Part shown: piece by piece, positions 26,346-37,255 of the stretch | How positions within the stretch are numbered: the first letter of the stretch is position 1 | Layout: each line of letters starts with the position of its first letter | Source: Squalus acanthias | Lineage: Eukaryota | NCBI GenBank assembly: GCA_030390025.1 | Contig: JASTWF010000034.1 | Span: 3,472,001 to 3,536,000 of the forward strand | Reading direction: 5' to 3' | Length of the DNA: 64,000 bases | Notes under the pieces: model-generated | What the model saw: the letters and a program-made list of their open reading frames with translations, nothing else | Database searches by the model: none | Told to the model about the DNA's origin: nothing | Program-made: the position numbers and the translations under genes

Positions 26346-29300
26346 TTAGGGACCAAACCCTGTCATAGGGTGGATCCTTGCAGGGGTCCCCCCAATGGGT
26401 GTGCATTGACAATAGGAATTTGTATTCCCAATGGGTGTGCACTGGCAAATGATTTTGCATCCCCCCCCACACCCCGTGACAATTTGGGCTTTCATGAAGG
26501 TTATCAAATGGTCCAATCGTTGATCAGTCCCAGAGGACTTGAATTCATCCTTTTTTGAAAGGGTAACTAACTGAGCCAATTGTTGTACCACCCCAGAGGG
26601 TTTGGGTTCATCCTTCGGGAGCTATCTATGCGTTGCATCGTGGTCCGGTGCCTGTCTGGGTCTCCTGCAGTGTTTTGCGAGGTGACCTTCCTTCTTACAA
26701 TTAAAGCACTGTCCTCTAAAGGGGTAGTACCTAGATCCCTCCATCGCTGACACTGGTTCTTTGCCGTGGGTGTTGACTTCACCTTTAACTGTGCTGTTAA
26801 CTTCTCCCAGGCTCTTTGAACGTTAATCTCTATATCTGTCCACTGATCGGCGGGCCTCAGGGCTATACCCAGTGTGGTTTTAACTAAAGAGTGGAGCTGG
26901 GTTGTGAACATCGGTTTGAATGGTTCCTGATTCTTTCCTGCTGCAGCATTTGCGGGTGCCTGGTTCTGGGGACGTTCATAGATATCGTACAGGCGATTAC
27001 TGAACGCTCTCGGGGTCTCATCTGGGAGCTGTTTGGTCTGAATAAGCAAATCCACTATGTTTAAGTTTTGGATCCCTAAATGGTTTATGATCTCGGTCAC
27101 GACAGCATCGGTCGCTGTGCCACGCTGGAGGATCGCGTCTGGCAGATTATTCTTTAAAAAGTGGAACAGGCCAAGAGGAGGATTCGTGTTAAGTCTCCTT
27201 CTTCTAACTCGGGGTGACCCCTCCTGAAATCTGCCCACCTCCTATTAACTACCAGTGGGTCGTCCCGAAAATTAATAGATCCTAACTCGTGGCTACACGC
27301 CGTGGTGTCAGCACCAGATATGGGCCGTGAGTCGGTATGGGTACTAGTCATGTGATCATGCACATTACGCCGAAAAGAGATGGTCACTACTGCTACGGTT
27401 GGCCCTTGTGTCTCCAAGGTATCCCATCCTTCGCCGCCCTGCTGGGGATTATACTGACTGCCTTCCTCTTCCAAATCTGTGTTCCCCTCGTCCCTTTCTG
27501 TTGTCTCTGTCATGGCTCCCCGTGTTACTGCGGATACTAGAGCCTGTTCCTGCCCTAATTTACTCTTCAGTCGCACTATTTCTAGGTGGCACAGGGAGTG
27601 GTCTGCCTCCCTATGTGGCTTCTTAATTGCTTCCCGTAATGACGCCCTAACGTCTTCTACTTCCTGCCGGAGCCCCAGGTTTTCCAATTTATATTTCTTG
27701 ATTTCATTTGGTTTCCTTTGCTGCCACTACAGATGCTCCTGCATTTAAATGTGAGAGGCTTTGTTACTTAAGCAACGGAGCTGCCTGCTCGGCTCCTCTT
27801 TCTAGTTGCCTGATACTGTGGCCTAATCGATCAATTTCCTGTCTCAAATGCTGGATTTCATCCTCCTTTAAATGCCTAACAAGCTGGATGCCTTCTTCTT
27901 TCTGTTCTTTAATATTTTGAATCTCCTTTTCTTTTAGTTGAATCTCTTTGACTTTTAGTTCTTTTAAATCTTGTATCTCTCCCTTTAAATCTCGAATCTC
28001 TTTTGCATCCTGCCTCAGTAATTCCTCATCTCTCCAAGCACAGTAATATGCCCCGAATGCCAAGAGACGGTTTGCCTGGTTAGGCCTTAGCTTTCCCTCA
28101 TCTACCCTCTCCTGGATAAATGCCACGATCTCCGCGGAGGAGGCGGACCTGTGTGGGAGCGGCAGCGGGACCTGAGAGAAGGTGGAGCGGCCATAAAAGA
28201 GCTCTGCAGAGGAGGCCCGACACCGGAGTGCTGCGAGTTAGGAAAGAATCCGAAAGCGAGAGCAGTCAAGCAACAACTTCGAAACCGCTAAAGTGACGTC
28301 ACAACCAGGGAAGGAACTGATTGGTAGGTAGGACCTGGTGAGTATTTCTGCAGTCCAGTCGTTGAAGTAAAAGTAAGGTCTCTAGTTTAGAGCAAGTAGT
28401 GTTCAAAGGGAAGTAAGTTCCCTAGTATATTTAATATTCTTTAATTTATAGGAAGAAAAGGGAGTAAATTAAGGGGAGGACATGGCAGGGCAGCTTGGCA
28501 GCGTGGAGCGCTCCTCTTGCTCTGTGTGCGAAGTCAGGGACACTTTCGGTGTCCAGGGCGAACACATGTGCAGGAAGTGTCTCCAGCTGCAGCTACACGA
28601 AATCCGCGTCAGAGGTCGGGGTTCACATTGGTACCAACGACATAGGTAGAAAGGGGGATGAGGTCCTGCAACAAGAATTTAGGGAGTTAGGAAGCAGATT
28701 AAAAAGCAGGACCTCAAAGGTTGTAATCTCTGGATTACTCACGGTGCCACGTGCGAGTGAGTATTGGAATAGGAGGATAGAGCAGATGAACGCTTGACTA
28801 GAGAGTTGGTGCTGGAGGGAGCGCTTTAGTTTCCTGGATCACTTGGTCTGCTTCTGGGGAAGGTGGGACCTGTACAAGTCGGACGGGTTGCACCTGAACC
28901 GGAACGGGACCAACATCCTTGCTGTTGGGGGGTGTAAAAACTAACTTGGCAGGGGGATGGGATACGAAGTGGAGCTATAGTAGGGGGTGATGCATAGCCA
29001 AATATAGAGGAAAAAACAAGTCAGCCTGGTAGGCAGAGCAAATATGTAACGGCACAAGGGAGTATGGCAAGACTGGTTGGCAATTATTTTAATGCAAGGA
29101 GTCTTGCGAGTAAAGCAGATGAATTGAAGGTGTTGATGTACACATGGGAGTATGATATTGTTGCTATCACAGAGACATGGTTGAGGGAGGGGCAGGACTG
29201 GCAGCTCAATATTCCGGGATATAGAATCTTCAGGCGAGACAGAGGGGGTATAAAAGAGGAGGGGGTGTCGCAATATTAAAGAAGGAGGCAATTACTGCTG

Positions 29301-32073
29301 TAAGGAGGGATGATATCTCAGCAGGTACCTTTAATGAGGCCATATGGGTAGAACTTAAAAACAAAAAGGGGCCAAGCACTTTGCTGGGAGTGTACTATAG
29401 GGCCGCAAACAGTCAGTTGGAGATAGTGGAACAGATATGTAGGCAAATCTCATGGAAGTGTCGAAATAATAGGGTTGTAATAGTAGGGGATTTCAACTTC
29501 CCCAATATTAACTAGGAAAGTCAGAGTGTGAAAGGCTTAGAGGGTGTGGAATTCTAAAGTGTATCCAGGAGAGATTTTTGAGCCAGCATGTAGAAAGTCC
29601 TACAAGAGAGGGGGCGGTACTGGACCTAATTCTATGGAATGTAGCCGGACAAGTGGTAGAAGTGTCAGTAGGAGAGCATTTTGGTGACAGTAACCATAAT
29701 TCGGTGAGATTTAAGGTAGTCATAGAAATGAACAAAGATGGACCGGAAATAAAGGTTCTAAATTGGGGAAGGCCGATTTTAATATGATACGGCAGGTCTG
29801 GCCAAAGTGGACTGGGATCAGCTACTTGTAGGAAAATCCACATCAGAGCAGTGGGAGTCTTTCAGAAAGGAAATAGAGTGAGTACAACGCCAACATGTTC
29901 CCGTAAAGGTCAAGGGTGGGACCAACAAGCCCAGGGAACCCTGGATGTCAAGGGATATCGAAGAATGGATTAGGAAGAAAAGGGAGGTTTTTCCAGATAC
30001 AAAGGACTAAAAACAGTGGAAGCCCTAGAGGATTATAGAAACTGCAGGAGGGTACTTAAAAAACAAATTAGGAGAGCGAAGAGGGGACATGAAATAATAC
30101 TGGCGGGCAAAATAAAGGAAAATCCCAACGTGCTTTATAAGTATATTAAGGGCAAGAGTGTAAACAGAGAATGAGTAGTGCCTATTAGGGACTAAGTGGT
30201 AATCTGTGCGTAGAGCTGGAAGATGTGGGTGAGGTTTTAAATGAATATTTTGCGTCTGTTTTCACTGTGGAGAAGGACGATTTAGGCATAGAAATCAGGC
30301 AGGGGGATTTTGATATACTTGAACAAATTCGTATTGAGAGGGAGGAGGTACTCTCGGTTTTAGCGGGCTTAAAAGTGGATAACTCCCCAGGCCCAAACGA
30401 GATGTATCCAAGGCTGCTGTGTGAGGCAAGGGAGGAGATTGCAGGGGCTCTGACACAAATGTTCAGAACCTCTTTTGGCTACAGGGCAGGTGCCAGAGGA
30501 CTGCAGCACAGCTAACGTATTACCATTATTCAAGAAGTGTAGTAGGGATAAACCAGGGAATTACAGGCCAGTGAGCCTAACATCAGTGGTCGGGAAATTA
30601 TTGGAAAAAATTCTGAAGGACAGAATTAGTCTCCACTTGGAGAGGCATGGATTAATCAAGGATAGTCAGCATGGCTTTGTCAGGGGTAGATCATGTCTAA
30701 CCAATTTCATTGAATTTGTAGCGTGTGTGACGAGGTGTGTGGATGAGGGCACTGAAGTTGATGTAGTCTACATGGACTTCAGTAAGGCTTTTGGCAAAGT
30801 CTCGCATGGGAGACTGGTCAAGAAGGTAACAGCCCATGGGATCCAGGGCAATTTTACACATTGGATCCAAAATTGGCTTACTGGCAGGAGGCAGAGGGTG
30901 ATGGTCGAAGGTTGTTTTTGTGACTGGAAGCCTGTGTTCAGTAGTGTACCGCAGGGATCGGTGCTGGGTCCTTTGCTGTTCGTAGTGTATATTAATGATT
31001 TAGATATGAATGTAGGAGGTATGATCAATAAGTTCGCAGATGACACGAAAATTGGTGGAGTGGTAAATAGCGAGGAGGGAAGCCTGAGGCTACAGGACGA
31101 TCTAGACGGGTTGGTTAGATGGGCAGAACAGTGGCAAATGGAATTTAACCCTGTAAAGTGTGAAGTGATGCATTTTGGGAGGACTAACAAGGCAAGGGAA
31201 TACACAATGAATGGTAGGACCGTAGGAAGGACAGAGGATCAGAGGGACCTTGTTGTGCATGTACATAGATCCCTGAAGACAGCAGGACAGGTAGATAAGG
31301 TGGTTAAAAAGGCATATGGGATACTTGCCTTCATTAGCTGAGGCATAGAATATAAGAGCAGGGAGGTTGTGATGGAGCTGCAGGCCACAGCTGGAATACT
31401 GTGTGCAGTTCTGGTCGCCACGCTATAGGAGGATATGATTGCATTGGAGAGGGTGCATAGGAGATTCACCAGGATGTTACCTGGGCCCGAGCGCTTCAGC
31501 TATGAAGAGAGACTGGACAGGCTGGCCTTTATTTCCTTAGAGCAGAGAAGGCTGAGGGGGGACCTGATTGAGGTGTACAAAATTATGAGGGGCATAGATA
31601 GGGTAGATAGAAAGCAACTTTTCCCCTTAGTAGAGGGATCAATAACCAGGGGGCATAGTTTCAACATAAGGGGCAGGAGGTTTAGAAGGGATTTGAGGAA
31701 AAACTTTTTCACCCAGTGGGTGGTTGGAATCTGGAACTCACTGCCTGAAATGGTGGTAGAGGCAGGAATCCTCACAACATTCAAGAAGCATTTAGATGAA
31801 CACTTGAAACGCCACAGCATACAAGGCTACAGACCAAGTGCTGGAAAGTGAGATTAGAATAAGCAGGGCTTGATGGCCGGCGCGGACACGATGGCCGAAG
31901 GGCCTCTTTCTGTGCTGTATAACTCTTTGATTCTATGACGCATGTTGGCCCTTACAGATGCATCGTGTCCGTAACTCTTGTAAGTCCCTTATGGACACCT
32001 TTTCGTATATTTTCTCATGGTAGTCTACAGCTACGTCTTTTGCTGGCTTTTTGTCTGTCCCCGATACCTTCAT
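26346..32073 (-). pseudogene. gag: gag of the retrovirus-like element (split by the CR1 at 28136-31938)
   Basis: Removing the CR1 joins ..CKGQHA to EIVAFIQERVDE in frame; coiled-coil segment; zinc knuckle CFNCKKEGHLAKHC at about 26672-26714. Confidence 0.82.
28136..31938 (+). mobile_element. CR1 LINE with 5' UTR and internally deleted ORF1, inserted in gag
   Basis: ORF1 start MAGQLG..CRKC at 28482, esterase C-half, APE (FNARSL, ITETWL), RT ORF 30475..31341 (KFADDTK), tail GATTCTATGA; possible 3-bp TSD CGC (28133-28135, 31939-31941). Confidence 0.94.
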
Positions 32074-32177
32074 CCTTTGATTTTTGAATTGAATTTTAAA
32101 CTTCACACCACTGGTTCGAATCGCAACTCCCGAAATTTCCAATTGTTTAAAAGAATGAGCTGAAACTGTCTTGCTAG

Positions 32178-32195
32178 ATCCCGGACGAGCCCTCG
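32178..32195 (-). promoter_or_regulatory. Primer binding site, tRNA-Pro
   Basis: Minus CGAGGGCTCGTCCGGGAT versus canonical tRNA-Pro PBS TGGGGGCTCGTCCGGGAT (16/18), just inside the 5' LTR. Confidence 0.85.
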
Positions 32196-32199
32196 GTTT

Positions 32200-32879
32200 T
32201 GTTAGCTTTTTATTTCGACTGGCATTAAATTGACAGCAAGACCAATTCTTTTCAAACAACTTCGAATAAGTTTATTGAACACACACACTCAGGCACATCA
32301 AAGCAATAGCCTACTGGTATCCAATGGACTCTACTCGATTACAACAGGTAAGGTAATGGGTTAGATTTAAACAGACTTGTACTTCCCCGAGTCAAGCAAT
32401 GCACGCGGCGTTTTTCTTGCTTCTTGGTCTGGTCTGTGGAGGGAGGGATTCCGGCTTTTCTGCGTGGTCATCCAGAGAGAAAGTGAGAGCGTTTGGGTTC
32501 CTTATTTTATATCTTTTAAAGTCCATTGTCTCTAGTCTAAATTGCTAAGACACCTGGATTGGGTCTTGTTTCATGGCAGTTCTTGATTGGCTTTCCTTTG
32601 AACATGTGTCTGTCTGCAGTGGCTGGTGCCATTTCTTGATTAAGTGAATTGTTTGTTGACACCTTTTAATGGCTCGTGAGTTTCGATGGTGAGTTTCGAT
32701 GGGTTTTCGATGCTATCTCTGTGGGGGTTATCCTGTTATGCAGGTTTACTTTGTTAAGTTTCGCGCCGTTCCTTTGAGCAGGGAGATCCATACACATCAA
32801 ATTCATTTTTATTACAAACATCTTATATTAATAGTCTCGAGTCCATCACAAATGCAAAACGTATATTTTTATTCTTACA
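32200..32879 (-). repeat. 5' LTR (~680 bp)
   Basis: Homologous to 21011-21698; begins TGTAAGAAT and ends AACA on the minus strand; AATAAA at about 32271-32276. Confidence 0.92.
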
Positions 32880-34930
32880 ATATCCAGGAACAAAGAGAAG
32901 AAACTTGAATGGATGAGAGAGAGCAGATCACTCTTCTGCCTTGATGCTGAGATCCTTGGTTTAAAGATCGTATGTATCGCTTGATGCAGTCTTGATGCTT
33001 GTGTAAACTGTTTTAATGCTGTGTGTAATTTTTAAATCATAAAAGGTAACTTTAATTCATTAATATTCAGAGTAGATTGACTTTCTCTGGCTGGCTACTG
33101 TCCAGGTTCACGAATCAATGGAACATTTGTATCCCGACAGAATAAATGGCGCCCGAATAGGGTCCTGACATAGTCAAAGAAAGAAAGGTTGTCACGAGTG
33201 TGTCGATTCCAGTGAATATGGTGTTCACGTCCCAGCAGGAAGATGGTTTTCTGGACAGAGGCGTGGAGGGTATCACGGGTGGAATATGGACGTAGCAATC
33301 CAAGAATACATAGCGGTGAAGTTACCATGAAGAGAGGACTGGTTCCAGGCAGAGGACCTTCAGTGAAACTCCTTTGAAGCAGATGCTGATGAGTGGGTGT
33401 GTCTGTTAGAAGAACGGTCAAAGATAGTGTTGAGAAGTAAGAGAAAAGTTTGGAAACAGGTTAACATCAGTCTTGTCGCAGCAGGCAAAGGCTGTTGTTT
33501 GTGGTTTCAGTGTGTAGGGAAGTGTGTGTGAAAGTGTAAAAGAGCCGAGGGCTTCACATTAAGAATGCTGAGAATGTTTCTACTTCATTTCTTTTGTTTG
33601 TAAATCTCTATTAAATTGTGTCTGTGTGATGTTTGTTTCCGGTTTCAATTTATCGAAGCATGTGCTGCTTTAAGTGTGTTAATTGTTTTCATTTGTATTT
33701 TTAGACATGTGGGTTATGTTGAGATACTTTGAGTGCTGTTTGGTTTTGAACTGATTTAAACTGTGGGAATAATTCTTGGGCTCCCGACCTGGGAGTATTA
33801 GGTAAAGTTTAGGTGCATTATGGCTCATAACCCTTTACAGTGATCAATATTTTAAATTTCTGTGCTTTACATTTTAAGTTAAAGATGCTGGTGTGGATTT
33901 ATTTTGGCTGAAGTTTACTTGTGTAACTGAAAAGCACCAAAAAGTTTGATTTACAATAAGAAAGATAAGATCCAGCTTTGAAGATTACAAGTTACAATCG
34001 CAAGATGGTGTCTGGTAGTAAATCAATTTGAACTTCTTCAAAGCGCTTTGTACTAATGGGATTACAGCTAAGAAACTGCTGTTGCTTAATGCAGATTAAA
34101 TTAAAAACGCCTGTTCTTGTTTGAAATGAATTGAAACTTTTCAAAAGCACTATTTTCTTATTCGGTTGCTGCAAGTCCGAGACCTGCCTTTGAGACTGCA
34201 TCCTCCCACCCCCACTAAGCTTCTGACAAGCAGGAAGTAATTTGGAATAAAAGGGGATTTATTTCTGTGGACAGCAAGTCGTTGCCTTCGGCAGGGAAGG
34301 TCCAGTGGATTCTGACAGAGGTTGAGAGGAGGCAACAGCCTTTAGGAGTGGTAAACATCTGAGCCCATTCCAACATGGTCCTCAGGGGCAGTGAGAATGA
34401 CAAGGCACAGCAGCTAGCCAAAACGTTTGAGATTAGCTTACCGTGGAAGTGTGGGAACCACACGGAGCCTTGCAGGCCAGATAAATAAAGTTTGAAGTGA
34501 AACATCCCCTTTCGCTCGTTCAGGGTTGCAGGGTGAGGGCTCTTGAATTATTCAGTTCAGGCGGCCATCAAAGCTGAAGCCTCGTGGCCCAAAGATGCCT
34601 TCAAAGAAAGGACAATTTACAGTACAGGATGACGTGTGATTTGATCCGGGTAAATGGGTGGTCCGACAGTCACTTCTAACGAGGTGTCCGGTGGGCCACA
34701 CCCCTGCTGGGTACCAGGAGGGTGAAAGCCTGGTCCAAAGGCAGGTGCAGCAGGTGCGGTGGCCCAGTATTGATCAGCCCATGAATGATGTTAGTAATGA
34801 TTGTCTCCCCTGTGCCCAGTATGATCCTGGAGCTAAAACGTCCTCTGGCCATGTCCCTGCAGCCATGGCCCGTGAAGAAATTTGCAAATTGATTGATTTG
34901 GCCCATTTCAAAAGACTCAGAGGGTAAACA
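32880..34930 (+). mobile_element. Highly decayed ERV-like remnant: partial LTR, PBS-Lys, leader, RNase H and integrase zinc-binding remnants
   Basis: PBS at 33147; hand translation of about 34240-34425 gives IWNKRGFISVDSK..VVNI*AH..ENDKAQQLAK (retroviral RNase H C-half); ORF 34658..34927 has WPSI..CLPCAQYDPG. Confidence 0.72.
33147..33164 (+). promoter_or_regulatory. Primer binding site, tRNA-Lys(UUU)
   Basis: TGGCGCCCGAATAGGGTC versus canonical Lys3 PBS TGGCGCCCGAACAGGGAC (16/18). Confidence 0.85.
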
Positions 34931-35597
34931 GAACAGCTTGGTTCCAATTGACTGTTATTCCAAATTGGGCTAAGTAACACTCATCAGAAATTGTAAATTG
35001 GTTTGGGAGAAAAGGCAGTAAATATGATGGAATGAAGAAGGAGAAGGGGACAGATTCTGTACCTTTCGAGTCTCACAAGCAGCAGGAGTTCCTTTGTTTT
35101 CAGCGGACGGACTGACTCTTTAAAAAGCCTGTCTGAATGTTTTGGTGCCAGTGCCGTGGCTTTGAGCTCTTTCTCAATGTGTAAAAATGTTACAAAGATT
35201 TAGTTGGTTCAAACTAATTTCTTCTTCAGTTATATTCATTATTTTATAGTTCCTAAAATATTGCTCTGAAAGAAGTTGCAATAATTGATGTTCACTAACC
35301 GATTAAATGTTGTGAACCCGAGTTTCATGTGGCCACAATTAAATTCTGCTGATTGTAAACTATATGGCGATCGCTAATTCCGGACATGAGATCATCACAT
35401 ATAACAATTGGCAGTTTACGTTTTCTCAAATGTTTAATGATTTCAAGTGGTAAATTCTATCTCTGTGGTAGAAATTTGGAGTCATATATTAATTGGATTG
35501 TATTAATTAACCGAAGAGTTAATTCCTGAGGATGTTTTCAAGGTCGAAAGACTTTGTAAAAAGTAAAATGGAGTTTGGTTATTTTTCTATCGGTAAT

Positions 35598-36351
35598 GGG
35601 CCAAAAATTCGGCCCTTCCCGCGAGAGTACACAGTGTGCACTCACCCGTAAGACGTCCCGAAGTGCCGGTTTCCAACATGCACTGCGCGGGAAACCGGAA
35701 CTTCCGTCTGGTGAAGGGGGCGGTTCCTAGGTTAACCGCGTGCACGGTAGAGGCTGCGGGCATGCAGCATACTTAGATTTTTTTTCAGGTTTCTACGCGA
35801 AGGTAAGTATTGAAGAAACTACGCTATTAAAAAGGTGTCGCAAGACCCGTTTTCAACAAGGTAAGTAGTTAATTAAGTATAATTAAAAAAACATTTCAAC
35901 AAGTTTATCTTTTTTAGATACTTTAAAGAAAGGTAAGTTTATTTGTATCAATTTTAAAAAGTATTTTAATTTTTTCAAAAATTAATTTTTCTTTAAAGTG
36001 GTTAATTTATTTAACTATAGTTATTTTATAAATGTGATGGGTTTAAAAATATATATTTTAAGTTTAGCTGTTCTTTTGGGGCCGATTTCAATTCACAGAT
36101 TTGACAGGTCTCCTGTCAAATCTATGAATGAAAGATGGTCTGTTGCCATTCGCTCTCCATGGCCCACGTGATCCCAGGGGACGCATCTTACTAACTGTGC
36201 CCCTGGAACACGCAAGCACTGCGCGCCGGCAGTTGGGAGAGGCCCAGGACCCGAAGTTCCCATGGGCCCAAAACACAACGGCAGGCACGGTAGGTAAGAG
36301 CGCGCGTGATCCTTACCCCCGCGGCAAGCCGGAGAGGCGAATTTCTGGGCC
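35598..36351. mobile_element. MITE, PIF/Harbinger-like, copy 2 (opposite orientation)
   Basis: TIRs GGGCCAAAAATT / AATTTCTGGGCC, TSD AAT on both sides, homologous to 16900-17660. Confidence 0.8.
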
Positions 36352-36397
36352 AATGTATTTAAAAAAACATGTGCAGTGGCGCATAACTGTCTGACAA

Positions 36398-37079
36398 CAT
36401 CATAGAATCATAGAAATTTACGGCACAGAATGTGTCCAATCTGTCCATCGTCATCCTGCCGGCTGTAAAAGAGCTATCCAGCCTAATCCCACTTTGCAGA
36501 TCTAGGTCCATAGCCCTGTAGGTTACGGCATTTCAAATGCATATTCAAGTACTTTCTAAATGCAATGAGGGTTTCTGACTCTACCAACCTTTTAGGAAGT
36601 GAGTTCCAGACCCCCACCACTCTCTGGGTGAAAACAGTACTCATCAACGTCCCTCTAATCCTTCTACCAATTACTTTATAACTATGCCCCTGGATATTGA
36701 CCTTTTTGCCATGGGTCTACGCCCTTCCTATCCAGTCTTTCTAGGTCCCTCATAATTTATAGACCTCAATTAAATCTCGCCTCAACTTCTTCTGTTCCAA
36801 AGATAACTACCGCAGCCTATCAAATGTTTCCTCGTAGCAAAATATCTCCAGTGCTGTCAACATCTTTGTAAATCTCCTTTGTACCCTCTCTAGTGCAATC
36901 ACATCTTTCCTGTAATGTGGTGACAAAACTGTACATATTATTCTACCTGAGGCCTAACTAGTGTTTTATACAGTTGAAACATAACCCCTTGCTCTTGTAT
37001 TCTATGCCACGGCTAATAAAGGCAAGCATTCCATATGCCTTCTTAACCACCGTATCTACTTGGCCTGCTACCTTCAGGG
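36398..37079 (-). mobile_element. CR1 3' fragment
   Basis: CATAGAATCATAGAA tail; homologous to 22590-23281. Confidence 0.88.
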
Positions 37080-37255
37080 TAACATTTATTTGAGGGTCCT
37101 ATTCCTCCTTTAGACGCCTCCGGACGACTGGGCGTGGTGAGCAACATGTAGTTTGTGTTTTATCCCCAACATTTCCTGCAGGTGGGTAAAAATCTTACCA
37201 GTAAAGTGCGAACCATGATATTGTCTATAGAATCATTGAATCATAGAAAGTTACA
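37080..37255. repeat. 176-bp duplicate of 22442-22617 (integrase/CR1 junction)
   Basis: Constant offset of 14638; 7 mismatches counted by eye; ORFs at 22517 and 37155 share their N-terminus. Confidence 0.93.

Larger units (their letters stand above)
21011..32879 (-). mobile_element. Env-less retrovirus-like LTR element (possibly Loki/spuma-related), decayed, with two CR1 insertions
   Basis: LTRs 21011-21698 and 32200-32879 (TG..CA); PBS-Pro; PPT; gag with CCHC; PR (LIDTGS); RT (LPQGFHNAP, YVDD); tether plus RNase H (WSDSAY); IN (QIDFFGPLP, GPH). Confidence 0.9.
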
